A stretch of DNA of 63,469 nt, the filler included, from an uncultured Clostridia bacterium (GTDB lineage: Bacteria; CAYTYR01; UBA6262), in assembly GCA_964441745.1 (NCBI GenBank). It is 3 parts of 3 records of this genome, joined end to end, with 100 filler letters (N's around TTAATTAATTAA, not from the genome) between each part and the next. Parts side by side here need not be neighbours in the genome. Positions count along the whole stretch, not along the records: positions 24,732 to 48,676 come from CAYTYR010000026.1; 2 more parts are not named here. One strand, given 5' to 3'. How positions within the stretch are numbered: the first letter of the stretch is position 1; the number at the start of each line of letters is the position of its first letter. Positions 30,426 through 39,733 of the stretch are shown here, one piece after another. The notes below the pieces were generated by a model. That model worked only from the letters and a program-made list of their open reading frames with translations. It was not told the origin of the DNA and did no database searches. The translations under genes were made by a program, and so were the position numbers.

Positions 30426-32954
30426 TTACACTACTGGTATTTTAACCGTGAACACTGAGCCGCTCCCTGGCTCGCTTTCGACATCGATCATGCCCTGATG
30501 CGCCTGAATAATACTGTAACTGACTGAAAGATTGAGACCGTTACCCTGGTTTATATTTTCATCGGTATTGGAAAAAGGATCAAAGATCTGCTCGATCTTT
30601 TCTTTGGCTAATCCCCGGCCGGTGTCCTCTACTTTTACTTTAATATATTTCTGGTCATGCGCTTTTTCCAAGGCAGTGGTGATCTTCACCTGTCTCCGGT
30701 CATCCTGGCTGGCCTGGCAAGCATTAAAGAGTATATTGCTCAGCGCCTGGTGCATCTGGCCATAATCAATAGCGATCTTAGGCAGATAACTGTTATATTT
30801 AGTAATAATATTGATACCATTCAGGGTAGGCTGGGTCCTAATGTTCACCAGTACTTCATCGATCAGGGTATTAATATTATATTTCATCTTCACGGTTTCC
30901 GGTGGTTGGGCAAAATAGGTAAGATTCTCGATGATCCGGACACACCGGAATATTTCCTGTTCAATCAGGGCTAATTCTTTGCCACCCAGGCTTTTAATAT
31001 TTTCGTTTTGCTGGAGCAATTGCGCCAGGCCCATGATCCCCAGCAGGGGATTATTGATCTCATGCGCCAGCCCGGCAGCCAGTTTACCGATAGCCGCCAA
31101 ACGCTCGTGCTGGCTCAATTGTTCGTGTAAGAATATCTTTTCCCTGACATCCTCAATAAATCCCGCCAGGCCAATGATCTGACCATAGCTATTTTTCAGG
31201 ATGAACATAGATAAATTAGTGGGGATCTTTTCACCGGACTTGGCGACAATTTCACTTTCACAGCCGATATATTTGCCATCACGCATCGTGATTTCCATTT
31301 GTTTGGCGCCGAGGGGAACCAAAGAGAGCAACGCTTTCCCGCGCAGCTCTTCATCGCTATAACCAACCAATTGGCGGAAAGATACATTATAAGTAACAAT
31401 ACAGCCCTGATTATCCGTGGTAAAGATCGGTTCCTGGGATTGGCTGACGATATTGGCCAGGTAATCTATCTGCTCCTGGCGTTGTTTGCGTTTAGTGACA
31501 TCATGGATAATGCAGGCATGGCCGATAGGGACATTTTTCTTATCCCTGATCAAGCTGATAGCCAGCATAATATTAATATAGGAATTATCTTTTTTCTTGG
31601 ATGTAACCTCTCCCATCCAGCGCCCTTTTTGATTGACAATGTCAGTGATCTTACTACTCAGATCCTCATTATCGGTCAGAGACCCTTTGCCAAAAACAGA
31701 ATCATGTTTGCCGACCAGTTCCGCCGCATGCTGATAGCCGAATAATTTTAAGACCGCCGGGTTCGCGTACTGGATGATCCGGTCCAGTCCAATGATCATA
31801 ATGCCGTCAAATGAATTTTCGACCATTTGCTGGTAGCGGACAATCTCCCGTTCCAGCTTAATGCGCTTCGATACATCCCGGACTATTTCAATCGCGGCCA
31901 CGGTCCGGCCTGAGGCGTCTTTCATCGGTGATGACTTAATTTCCATAAACCGGCCCATTTTATCTTCCGCAAGGCCAATCGCCGATCTTCCGGTCTGGAA
32001 AGTCTTCTGCACCGGGCACCAGGGACATATTTCCTTGCGGGAATTAAAAACCTTATAGCACTGCCCTCCTAATATCTTGCCTGGATATTGTTCCCGCATG
32101 AATTTATTGGTATACTGGACCCGGTATTTCCGGTCAGTAATGGCGATACCGTCAGCGCTGCCCTCAAAAATCTCTTCCAGCTTATTACGCTCCTTGAGTA
32201 AGGCTTCTTCATATTGACGTAATTTTGTAATATCACTAAAAATAGCTGAGAATCCCTGGATCTTATTTTTAGCGTCCTTAACCACACTGGCGGTAATACT
32301 AATGGGGACCGTGTTCCCATCTTTGTTCACGGCCTTGGTCGTATAATTTTTGATCGATCCTTTCTTGATTATCTTCTCACCCAGTTCCTTGAGCTGTTTA
32401 TACTTGCCCTGCAGCATCAATTTGCTGACTGATTGACCGATCATTTCCCTGCCTTTATAACCAAATAATTCTTCCGCTCCTTTGTTCCAAAAAGAAAACT
32501 TTCCGCGGCTGGTGACCGCAATGATCGCATCCCGTGAAAACCGGGAAATATTAGCCAGGAACTGCTCCTGTTCGAATAATTTGGCGGCATTATTATATTT
32601 TTCGGTAATATCCCGCACTATTTCTACTACTTTCTTCTGGCCATCGCTATCACGGATCGGGAAAGCCTCGATCTCATAAACCTGGCCATGCTTGTCCTTG
32701 ATCGTAGCTGTTTCAAAATAGCGATGGTGTTTTTTAATGATTTCCCGGACTGGACAGAGGTGGCAGGGATATTTCTGTTGGCTGATAGTCTGGTAGCATT
32801 TTTTTCCGATCTGGTTGCCGAAATGGGCGCGGAGGGATTGGTTCATATACTCTATCTGATATTTTTCGTTAACCACCATGATGCCTTCATTCATGTTGGT
32901 TAAGATCAGATCAAGAGATTCCTTGGAAAGCAGCTGTGAACGGGACAAAAACAT
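30426..32954 (-). CDS. cytoplasmic multi-PAS sensor histidine kinase
   Basis: about five PAS repeats, AHEINNPL H-box, N box, DTGRG, FDPF; ATG 32954 after AAAAGGA. Confidence 0.93.
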   Translation of the reverse strand: MFLSRSQLLSKESLDLILTNMNEGIMVVNEKYQIEYMNQSLRAHFGNQIGKKCYQTISQQKYPCHLCPVREIIKKHHRYFETATIKDKHGQVYEIEAFPIRDSDGQKKVVEIVRDITEKYNNAAKLFEQEQFLANISRFSRDAIIAVTSRGKFSFWNKGAEELFGYKGREMIGQSVSKLMLQGKYKQLKELGEKIIKKGSIKNYTTKAVNKDGNTVPISITASVVKDAKNKIQGFSAIFSDITKLRQYEEALLKERNKLEEIFEGSADGIAITDRKYRVQYTNKFMREQYPGKILGGQCYKVFNSRKEICPWCPVQKTFQTGRSAIGLAEDKMGRFMEIKSSPMKDASGRTVAAIEIVRDVSKRIKLEREIVRYQQMVENSFDGIMIIGLDRIIQYANPAVLKLFGYQHAAELVGKHDSVFGKGSLTDNEDLSSKITDIVNQKGRWMGEVTSKKKDNSYINIMLAISLIRDKKNVPIGHACIIHDVTKRKQRQEQIDYLANIVSQSQEPIFTTDNQGCIVTYNVSFRQLVGYSDEELRGKALLSLVPLGAKQMEITMRDGKYIGCESEIVAKSGEKIPTNLSMFILKNSYGQIIGLAGFIEDVREKIFLHEQLSQHERLAAIGKLAAGLAHEINNPLLGIMGLAQLLQQNENIKSLGGKELALIEQEIFRCVRIIENLTYFAQPPETVKMKYNINTLIDEVLVNIRTQPTLNGINIITKYNSYLPKIAIDYGQMHQALSNILFNACQASQDDRRQVKITTALEKAHDQKYIKVKVEDTGRGLAKEKIEQIFDPFSNTDENINQGNGLNLSVSYSIIQAHQGMIDVESEPGSGSVFTVKIPVV

Positions 32955-32975
32955 AAGTTTAAATCCTTTTATAGA

Positions 32976-33010
32976 CAAAAAGACCCGAAAACCTAAATCT
33001 TTTCGGGTTT
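32976..33010 (-). terminator. terminator/attenuator hairpin in the kinase 5' leader
   Basis: ACCCGAAAA-gatttagg-TTTTCGGGT followed by CTTTTTGT. Confidence 0.75.
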
Positions 33011-33017
33011 ATAAACT

Positions 33018-33068
33018 CTATTCAGTTTGAAGAGCTATATATGGGCCATACAACAACGTATTACGCAT
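33018..33068 (-). CDS. putative 16-aa leader peptide MRNTLLYGPYIALQTE
   Basis: GAGGAAGG SD; ATG..TAG ends just before the hairpin; below the ORF-track size cutoff. Confidence 0.5.
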   Translation of the reverse strand: MRNTLLYGPYIALQTE

Positions 33069-33129
33069 ATATAAACCTTCCTCATGCTAATTTTTCTGCT
33101 TTTCAGTTATTAGATTAGTTAGTCTACAT

Positions 33130-33160
33130 ATTATATAGCAGAAAATTTACCATTTGTCAA
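33130..33160 (-). promoter_or_regulatory. promoter upstream of the leader peptide and kinase
   Basis: TTGACA-17 nt (ending TGC)-TATATAAT. Confidence 0.75.
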
Positions 33161-33195
33161 TGTTTTAATAATTTATTATACGGTTTTATACGGTA

Positions 33196-35220
33196 TTAAA
33201 TAATCTGGTAAACACTTACTCCTTTAAAAAGAAACAACTGCTTTGAATAAAGTTCCCAGAATTCTGATAAAACCCTAAGGTCTTTGTCGCTGAAATCGTA
33301 AGTTTTATAATAGCTCTGAAGTCTGGATAACTCTGCATTGTTAAAAAGAATATGCGTAATACCGGAAGCCTTAAGCAGTTTAGCTAATTCTTCACCGTTT
33401 GACGCTTTTTTATAGTATTGCTGAAAGACCGGTTCATCAAAAGCAGTGGAAGCAATAAAATCCTGTTTGCCATAATAGCCCCTGGTTTCACCGTAAAAAA
33501 GAACCAGGGAGGAAGGTGGCAGATGATCATTAATATATTCTATCGCTGGATAATAAGGATTCTGATAAAAAATGTGCTTCTGGGAAAGATATTCAGAGGC
33601 AGTTTGCCGGCCAGTAACGACCGGGATAGCTCCTTTCAGGTTAAATCCCTGATAAAGCACCCCAACATTCCCAATCAGCAAAATTAACATAATGGTTTTA
33701 AGTAAAGCGCGATTCAGTTTGTCAAATGGCCCCTCATCAATTATCGCCGGAATCAGCAGGCAGAGGTACCCTATTCCCGGCAGGAAAAACCTCCAGTTAT
33801 CACTGGCTACTCTCCAGGTAACGAAAAAAACCAGGGAATAAAAAGCAATTTTCCTGATCTCTTTTCGGCAGATTATGGTGAAAAGAAACAAGGGCATGGC
33901 AAAAAGGAACACCGGACCGATGAATGAATTGAGGGATCCTTCGTCTTGGACTAAAAACCAGGGGTTAAGGAAAAAATCGTATAAGCCAGCAAAATGCAGG
34001 CTATGGCCGCAATCACCATAGTATTCAGCCAGTTTAAAACCAGGGACCTTCCCAATAAAGAATGGATAAAACGGGGCTCCTTTGAGCAGAAGATTACGAA
34101 TTTGCCAAAATAATACTGGTAAGAGGAGAATAACCAAAAATAATATAACTTCCCTGCTAAAAATCTTTTTCCCTGTTTCCTGGACCCGATTGGAATATAG
34201 ATACAGCAAGCTTACTATCACTGCCGGGATGGTAACATATTTTATGCCCAGGGCAAATCCAGCGGCTAAGGCAGACAAGCACACGGCCAAGGTTCTTTTC
34301 CGGCCAGTCAACAAAGGGATCAAGGTCAATAGATACAAGTTAAGCAAAACATAAAAAGCGGCACTTAAATCATTGAGAGCGGACCAGGTTTCCATACCTA
34401 CTTGCGGGATCAGCCAGAAAAGGCAGGCAGCCAATATACCGGTTGGCCGGCTAAATAACCTCTTACCTATCAGGTAGAGTAAAACAGAACATCCGGCCCC
34501 AAAGAAAAAATGTAACAGCCGCGCCGATAAATCACCGGCCGAGGCCAGGCAGAGAGTGTAGAGCATCTCAGTATTCTGGGTAAAATAGGAAAAAATATTC
34601 CAGGGGATATCTGTAATCCGGCCAACTTTTAAATATTGGGCTGGCAAGGTTAAATGATAGACCAGGGTATCAATTTGATTTTCCGGAGAAAGAACGGCTA
34701 TCAAGTTAAGCAGAAAGGCCACTACCGCCAGGGCTAGATAACACCAGGTGAAATAGCTCTTTTCCTTTAATATAGTATAGAACGATCCTATTTTGTGGCG
34801 ACTGAACCAGATCTTAATTATACCGGCTGTCCCTATCCCCCAGAAAACAAACAGCAGCACAGGTTTAATCAGCCCCACGGTCGTACCCAAGATGAAAACC
34901 AGCAACGAGAATACAACCAATCCGATACCGCTGGCCACCAGGAAATTACCGGTGAAACCGTCTTCCTGCCCAATATCCCGGGTTAGTAAAGACCCGGTAA
35001 AATAAGCGCCGGCTAAGAGAAAAGATAAGGCTACAAACCCGGAAAACGCTTTCAGTAATTGAGCTGGGGACAAAAAAATCCCCAGTGAAAGAAATAAGCT
35101 CTGGACTAATTCAGGGATAAAAAGAAATTCGGATAGCTTAAAAAAGCTGACAATAACATATCCGCCCCATAACGCGAAAAGAGCAAAATAAATATATTTT
35201 TTTACTCTCTCATTAATCAT
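33196..35220 (-). CDS. polytopic GT-C (ArnT/PMT-like) glycosyltransferase
   Basis: many TM helices; DTLVYHL, ND and GIK motifs. Confidence 0.75.
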   Translation of the reverse strand: MINERVKKYIYFALFALWGGYVIVSFFKLSEFLFIPELVQSLFLSLGIFLSPAQLLKAFSGFVALSFLLAGAYFTGSLLTRDIGQEDGFTGNFLVASGIGLVVFSLLVFILGTTVGLIKPVLLFVFWGIGTAGIIKIWFSRHKIGSFYTILKEKSYFTWCYLALAVVAFLLNLIAVLSPENQIDTLVYHLTLPAQYLKVGRITDIPWNIFSYFTQNTEMLYTLCLASAGDLSARLLHFFFGAGCSVLLYLIGKRLFSRPTGILAACLFWLIPQVGMETWSALNDLSAAFYVLLNLYLLTLIPLLTGRKRTLAVCLSALAAGFALGIKYVTIPAVIVSLLYLYSNRVQETGKKIFSREVILFLVILLLPVLFWQIRNLLLKGAPFYPFFIGKVPGFKLAEYYGDCGHSLHFAGLYDFFLNPWFLVQDEGSLNSFIGPVFLFAMPLFLFTIICRKEIRKIAFYSLVFFVTWRVASDNWRFFLPGIGYLCLLIPAIIDEGPFDKLNRALLKTIMLILLIGNVGVLYQGFNLKGAIPVVTGRQTASEYLSQKHIFYQNPYYPAIEYINDHLPPSSLVLFYGETRGYYGKQDFIASTAFDEPVFQQYYKKASNGEELAKLLKASGITHILFNNAELSRLQSYYKTYDFSDKDLRVLSEFWELYSKQLFLFKGVSVYQII

Positions 35221-35227
35221 AATCAGT

Positions 35228-35743
35228 TTATTCAGCTTTCAGGGATTTTCCAGGCAGGCAAAAGTCAGTACCGCCAATATGGAGCAAGGGTTTATTTTCT
35301 TCCCGGTCATTGCTTTCCGCTATGATAATATCTCCCAGGATGATCAAGTGGTCACCACCCTCGATTTCAGTGCGTAATTTACATTCATACCAGGCGATGG
35401 CTTCTTTGATCCGCGGGCTGGAAACTTTTTTGGCTTTTTCTTCAGTCAAGCCAGCCTCTTTTATCTCGCTGACCCCTTTGGGTAACGGTTTACTGCAAGT
35501 CCAAAGTTTGGCTAATATTTTTTCACCGGGTATATTCACTACAAAATCCCCGGTTTCCCTGATGTTGGCTAAGGTGTGCCTGGTCGAAACCATAGCAATG
35601 GCAATAACTGGCGGATTTGTTGACACGGGCATGACAAAACTAAACGGCGCAGCATTGGTATTCCCTTTCTGGTCAATGGTTGAAACCAAGACGGTAGTAC
35701 GCGGCGCCAAAGTCCGATACCATTTGCTTAATTCGAGCTGCAT
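35228..35743 (-). CDS. flavin reductase-like FMN-binding protein
   Basis: NAAPFS, HTLANI, FVVN and GDH motifs. Confidence 0.9.
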   Translation of the reverse strand: MQLELSKWYRTLAPRTTVLVSTIDQKGNTNAAPFSFVMPVSTNPPVIAIAMVSTRHTLANIRETGDFVVNIPGEKILAKLWTCSKPLPKGVSEIKEAGLTEEKAKKVSSPRIKEAIAWYECKLRTEIEGGDHLIILGDIIIAESNDREENKPLLHIGGTDFCLPGKSLKAE

Positions 35744-35927
35744 AATTCCTCCAAATAAAGTTAGCCAGTAAATACGAGTTGCAGTTGCCAGTCAATTCAT
35801 GAAACAGTTATTAGGTGTAAGTTTTGGAAGTAAGTTTGGTCTGAACTCTATGGGAGTTTGGCTCTAAACCAAAAACCTTAGACCTCCTTCCATACCTACC
35901 GCTACAACCTTCACCCTATTACTACTC

Positions 35928-36716
35928 TTAACCGACTATAATCTCTATTTCCGTTCCTTCCTTGGCTTTCATAATCTGGCTGGCATTCCCCTGATTGACG
36001 GCTATTTCCAAGCAGTCGTTAGAGCCGACCACCGCCAGTATTTGCCCCGCTGCGCTATCAGCATAACTGCTGCTCAATTTTTCGATTTTATGATCCTTGA
36101 TCTTAATGACCATTTTCCGCAGCGACAATTTTTGCACCATCCCGCCGCTGATGTTAGTCACCAGATTGCCAAAATGGTCAGTGTATATTACTTTTCCGGA
36201 TACCCCGTGGCGATGGATCCGCGGACTCAGGATCGTGAACTTCTTATATTCGTTAGTCGGCTCGCCAAACTTACTGATCTGTACGCCTTTGGACAGTTGC
36301 GCGGCCACCGGGGCAAAAATATCCCGCCCGTGAAAAGTATTGCTGATATCCTGCAGGAAATATTTTTTATTGTTTAACTCCACTATTTTTTTGATCTTCT
36401 CATTTTCCAGGGCAAAGCTGAGAGCCCCGTTGTCCGGGCCGATAAAAAAATAATCTTCTGTTTCTACCAGGATAGACCGGCGGTTACTGCCCACTCCCGG
36501 GTCGATCACGACCAGGAAAATAGTCCCCTTGGGGAAAAAATGATAGCTGGTACGCAAGACAATGGATGCCTCGAGCGTATTATGAGAGCTGACCGTATGG
36601 GTTAAATCTATTAATACCGCATTTGGATTAATAGACAGGATGACTCCTTTCATGGTTCCAACAAAACCATCTTTATAACCGAAATCAGTCATTAAGGCGA
36701 TATTTCTTTTTTTCAT
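35928..36716 (-). CDS. SAM hydrolase / SAM-dependent halogenase family (DUF62)
   Basis: TDFG, IDPGVG, GPDNG, TFHGRD and DHFGN motifs. Confidence 0.95.
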   Translation of the reverse strand: MKKRNIALMTDFGYKDGFVGTMKGVILSINPNAVLIDLTHTVSSHNTLEASIVLRTSYHFFPKGTIFLVVIDPGVGSNRRSILVETEDYFFIGPDNGALSFALENEKIKKIVELNNKKYFLQDISNTFHGRDIFAPVAAQLSKGVQISKFGEPTNEYKKFTILSPRIHRHGVSGKVIYTDHFGNLVTNISGGMVQKLSLRKMVIKIKDHKIEKLSSSYADSAAGQILAVVGSNDCLEIAVNQGNASQIMKAKEGTEIEIIVG

Positions 36717-36718
36717 AC

Positions 36719-37876
36719 TTATACTCCTCCTTTGGCTATAGCAATGCGGTCCCGGCCATCACGTTTAGCTTGATAAAGGGCCGCATCCACCTTTTTAAAT
36801 AATTGCTCGTAATTAGAACCGTGCTGGGGGAAAACGGCTACTCCCAACGACAAAGTTACACCCTCAGTCATGGGAAATTGTTCGCCAAGTTTCAGGTTTT
36901 TTACATCCTGGCGTATATGTTCGGCCCGTTGCACTGTTTCTTCCAATGATGTTTCCGGGAAAACAACAATAAACTCTTCCCCGCCAAAGCGGGAGGCAAT
37001 ATCTTCCCCGCGCACCAGCGTCCTTAAAAACACTCCCAGCTCGCGTAATAAGTAATCACCGGCAGCATGTCCAAAATTATCATTAAAATGCTTAAAATGA
37101 TCAATATCCATCATAACGATCCCCAAAGTGACTCCCTTACGAGCAGACCGTTTTAGTTCCCGCTCCAGGGATTCTTCCATATAACGCCGGTTAAAAAGAC
37201 CAGTTAAAGGATCGCGGATAGCCTGGCTGCGCAGTGATTCGTGCAGTTTTAAATTGGCCAAGGCTAAGCCAATGTTCTCGGACACGGTTAAAGCCAGCTG
37301 CCATTTCGACTCAGCCGTGCGGGAAGGCTGATCTGGCGACTCACTGGCTCCCCAGGGATTACTGCGAATATGCAAAATGCCCAAGGTTTCTCCCTGGGCG
37401 ATCATGGGGACACAGATGTAACTCATGGCCGCGGGCGGACCTACGTGCTTGCAAATTATGCCGGTACTGGCATCACCCACACTGAATAATTGCCCGCGAC
37501 GCAAAGCCCAGCAATCACCAGGAGCGAAAACCCGTTCACCGGTACTACCTTCACCCCAGGCCACTACCGTATCAACCAGGTCTTTATCCTGATCCAAAAC
37601 GCATAAAGCTCCTGACTCCTGGTCAAACAATTGCTGTACGGTATGATCAACAACCGTATAGGCTTCATTCAAGGTCAGGCAGGTCTGTAGTAACTCACTC
37701 ATCTCACTCAACAAGGCAATTTCGCGGGCATGAAGCTCCAATTCACTCTTGGCATTCTGCAAAACTGTCTGCGCTTTTTTATGTTCATTCTCCAGGATTC
37801 TTAATTCCAATATCTGCGTACGAGCTTCGATGAGTTCCTGGATCAGCTCTTCTTTTGACTTATCTTCATCTCTCAT
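36719..37876 (-). CDS. GAF-GGDEF diguanylate cyclase
   Basis: DPLTGLFNRR, DIDHFK, RGED I-site, GGEEF. Confidence 0.95.
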   Translation of the reverse strand: MRDEDKSKEELIQELIEARTQILELRILENEHKKAQTVLQNAKSELELHAREIALLSEMSELLQTCLTLNEAYTVVDHTVQQLFDQESGALCVLDQDKDLVDTVVAWGEGSTGERVFAPGDCWALRRGQLFSVGDASTGIICKHVGPPAAMSYICVPMIAQGETLGILHIRSNPWGASESPDQPSRTAESKWQLALTVSENIGLALANLKLHESLRSQAIRDPLTGLFNRRYMEESLERELKRSARKGVTLGIVMMDIDHFKHFNDNFGHAAGDYLLRELGVFLRTLVRGEDIASRFGGEEFIVVFPETSLEETVQRAEHIRQDVKNLKLGEQFPMTEGVTLSLGVAVFPQHGSNYEQLFKKVDAALYQAKRDGRDRIAIAKGGV

Positions 37877-38730
37877 GTCAATTCCTGTACCGGGACTACG
37901 GGCAATATTTTCATTTCTATGATCTGATCCAGACGGAGCACTAGTTCCAGTTCCTGGAACTGGCAGGTGGCTAACAGTAAGATATCTTGTCCCTCTATTT
38001 TTACCTGTTTAGCCTCCACGATCCGCTCGAGATTTTCGCCATATTCGTTAACATACCTGATAAACAACGGCGTTTTGTTTTTGAGGGCCTCACTGAGAGC
38101 AGTAGGCAACACTGGTTTATTCAAGGACGGGACAGTGATCTCCCCACCCTGCAGCTCAATAAGCTGACCGATCTCCACGATATTTTTAGCCTGAAAATCC
38201 TGCATAAAACGGTTAAAGATATCTTTGGTCAAGAGGGCATCGTCAAGAGCACGGTGCTGGGTTTGGATCGGCAAGGTTAAGGTTTTCGCTATATTGCCAA
38301 GGCTATTGGAGGGGAAATTATAACAGCGCCTGGCCAAAGACAGGGTATCCAGCACGGTATTATCTACTTCCGGCAGGTCGATATTACGCAACTGCGAATT
38401 CAGGAAGCTTAAGTCAAAACTGACATTATGGCCGATGATAATAGTATCCCTGATAAAACGCAATAGATCTTCAGCTACTTCATGAAAGTAAGGCGCCTGT
38501 GCCACCATGCTGTCAGTAATGCTGTTAACAGCGCTGGCCGCCGGGGAAATAGGCCGGCCAGGGTTGAGCAAAGAGTGAAAGGTAGCCACAACTTTGTTTT
38601 CCTGCCACTGCACCAGGGCTAACTCACAAATACGGTGCCCGCCGGCTGGGCTCATTCCCGTAGTTTCCACATCAAAAAATACAAACGTGGATTCGCTTAT
38701 TTTCTTAGTCACGTCTTTCATCTTTAACAT
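37873..38730 (-). CDS. DEDDh (DnaQ-like) 3'-5' exonuclease with degenerate C-terminal WYL-like domain
   Basis: DVETTG, GHNVSFD, HRALDD; C-terminal IRY..ERIVE..LLATC..LRLDQI. Confidence 0.85.
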   Translation of the reverse strand: MLKMKDVTKKISESTFVFFDVETTGMSPAGGHRICELALVQWQENKVVATFHSLLNPGRPISPAASAVNSITDSMVAQAPYFHEVAEDLLRFIRDTIIIGHNVSFDLSFLNSQLRNIDLPEVDNTVLDTLSLARRCYNFPSNSLGNIAKTLTLPIQTQHRALDDALLTKDIFNRFMQDFQAKNIVEIGQLIELQGGEITVPSLNKPVLPTALSEALKNKTPLFIRYVNEYGENLERIVEAKQVKIEGQDILLLATCQFQELELVLRLDQIIEMKILPVVPVQELT

Positions 38731-39646
38731 AATTGCTTATATCCTTCAGTTTGGCTTTTTCTTTTAGTTCAGCGGCGATACTGGAGATCTGTCCCATAGA
38801 AATCAAGTTCCTTTTTTGGTTGCTGACCACGGCTATCCGCAAACGCATGATCGGGAAGCGCACCAGTTCACCATGCCGGTTCTTGGCCAGGATATATCCT
38901 TTTTTACTATCCTCAGGTTCATACATACTCATAATAAAATAGTCAAATCGATTGATCATCTCGATACAAAAATGCTCGGCATATCCGGCCGGCATGATCC
39001 CGATAAAATCATCTCCGCCGATATGTCCCAGGAAACAATTCTGGATATCAGAATCTTCAACTACCCGCTTCATTAGTTTAGCCAGCTCACTGATCACCCG
39101 GTTGCCAGAATCAAAACCATAGCGGTCATTGAAGGCCTTGAAATTGCCCAGGTCAGCGTAACAGACGGCAAACTTTTCGCCGCTTTTCAACCGCTGGTCA
39201 ACTTCTTTGGCAATAGCGGTATTGCCCGGTAATTTAGTAATACTGTTAACATCCACATTCAGCTTGGTAGCCCGGCGCAATACTACTTTCACCCTGGCCA
39301 GCAGCTCTTCCAGATCAAAAGGCTTAACAATATAATCTTCAGCGCCTGATTCCAGTAATTGTACCTTTTCTTTTACGTCAGACACCGCGGTTACCATAAT
39401 TATAGGCACATGTTTTATTTTAGGATTTTCCTTAACTTTGCGGCAAACCTGCGGCCCATCCATTTTGGGCATCATATAGTCCATGATGACCAGGTCCGGG
39501 ACCAATTTTTCTATCTTGGCCAAGGCTTCTTCCCCGTCAGCCGCCCGCTCGATCTTATAGCCGTCACTGAGAAGCGCTTCACAGACGATATTCGAGATAA
39601 AAGGATCATCATCTACAACCAGGACTGTTTTCTTCTCTTCAGGCAT
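38705..39646 (-). CDS. response regulator with GGDEF-like output (GGDDF)
   Basis: VVDDD, D..MP, KPF receiver; TKLPGN, FKAFND, HIGGDDF. Confidence 0.92.
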   Translation of the reverse strand: MPEEKKTVLVVDDDPFISNIVCEALLSDGYKIERAADGEEALAKIEKLVPDLVIMDYMMPKMDGPQVCRKVKENPKIKHVPIIMVTAVSDVKEKVQLLESGAEDYIVKPFDLEELLARVKVVLRRATKLNVDVNSITKLPGNTAIAKEVDQRLKSGEKFAVCYADLGNFKAFNDRYGFDSGNRVISELAKLMKRVVEDSDIQNCFLGHIGGDDFIGIMPAGYAEHFCIEMINRFDYFIMSMYEPEDSKKGYILAKNRHGELVRFPIMRLRIAVVSNQKRNLISMGQISSIAAELKEKAKLKDISNYVKDERRD

Positions 39647-39660
39647 CGGAACCTCTTTAC

Positions 39661-39733
39661 TAGCGTATAGCGGGTAGCGTTTAGCGTGTAGTTTTAGTTT
39701 TCCTATCCGCTTTACGCTATACGCTTAACGCTA
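39661..39733. repeat. 7-nt TAGCGTA-type repeats in inverted arms
   Basis: tagcgta-tagcggg-tagcgtt-tagcgtg / ctatccg-ctttacg-ctatacg-cttaacg. Confidence 0.85.

Noticed and set aside
35928-36716. Fluorinase/chlorinase secondary metabolism
   Set aside because: No biosynthetic cluster context; most DUF62 members with this motif set are SAM hydrolases.
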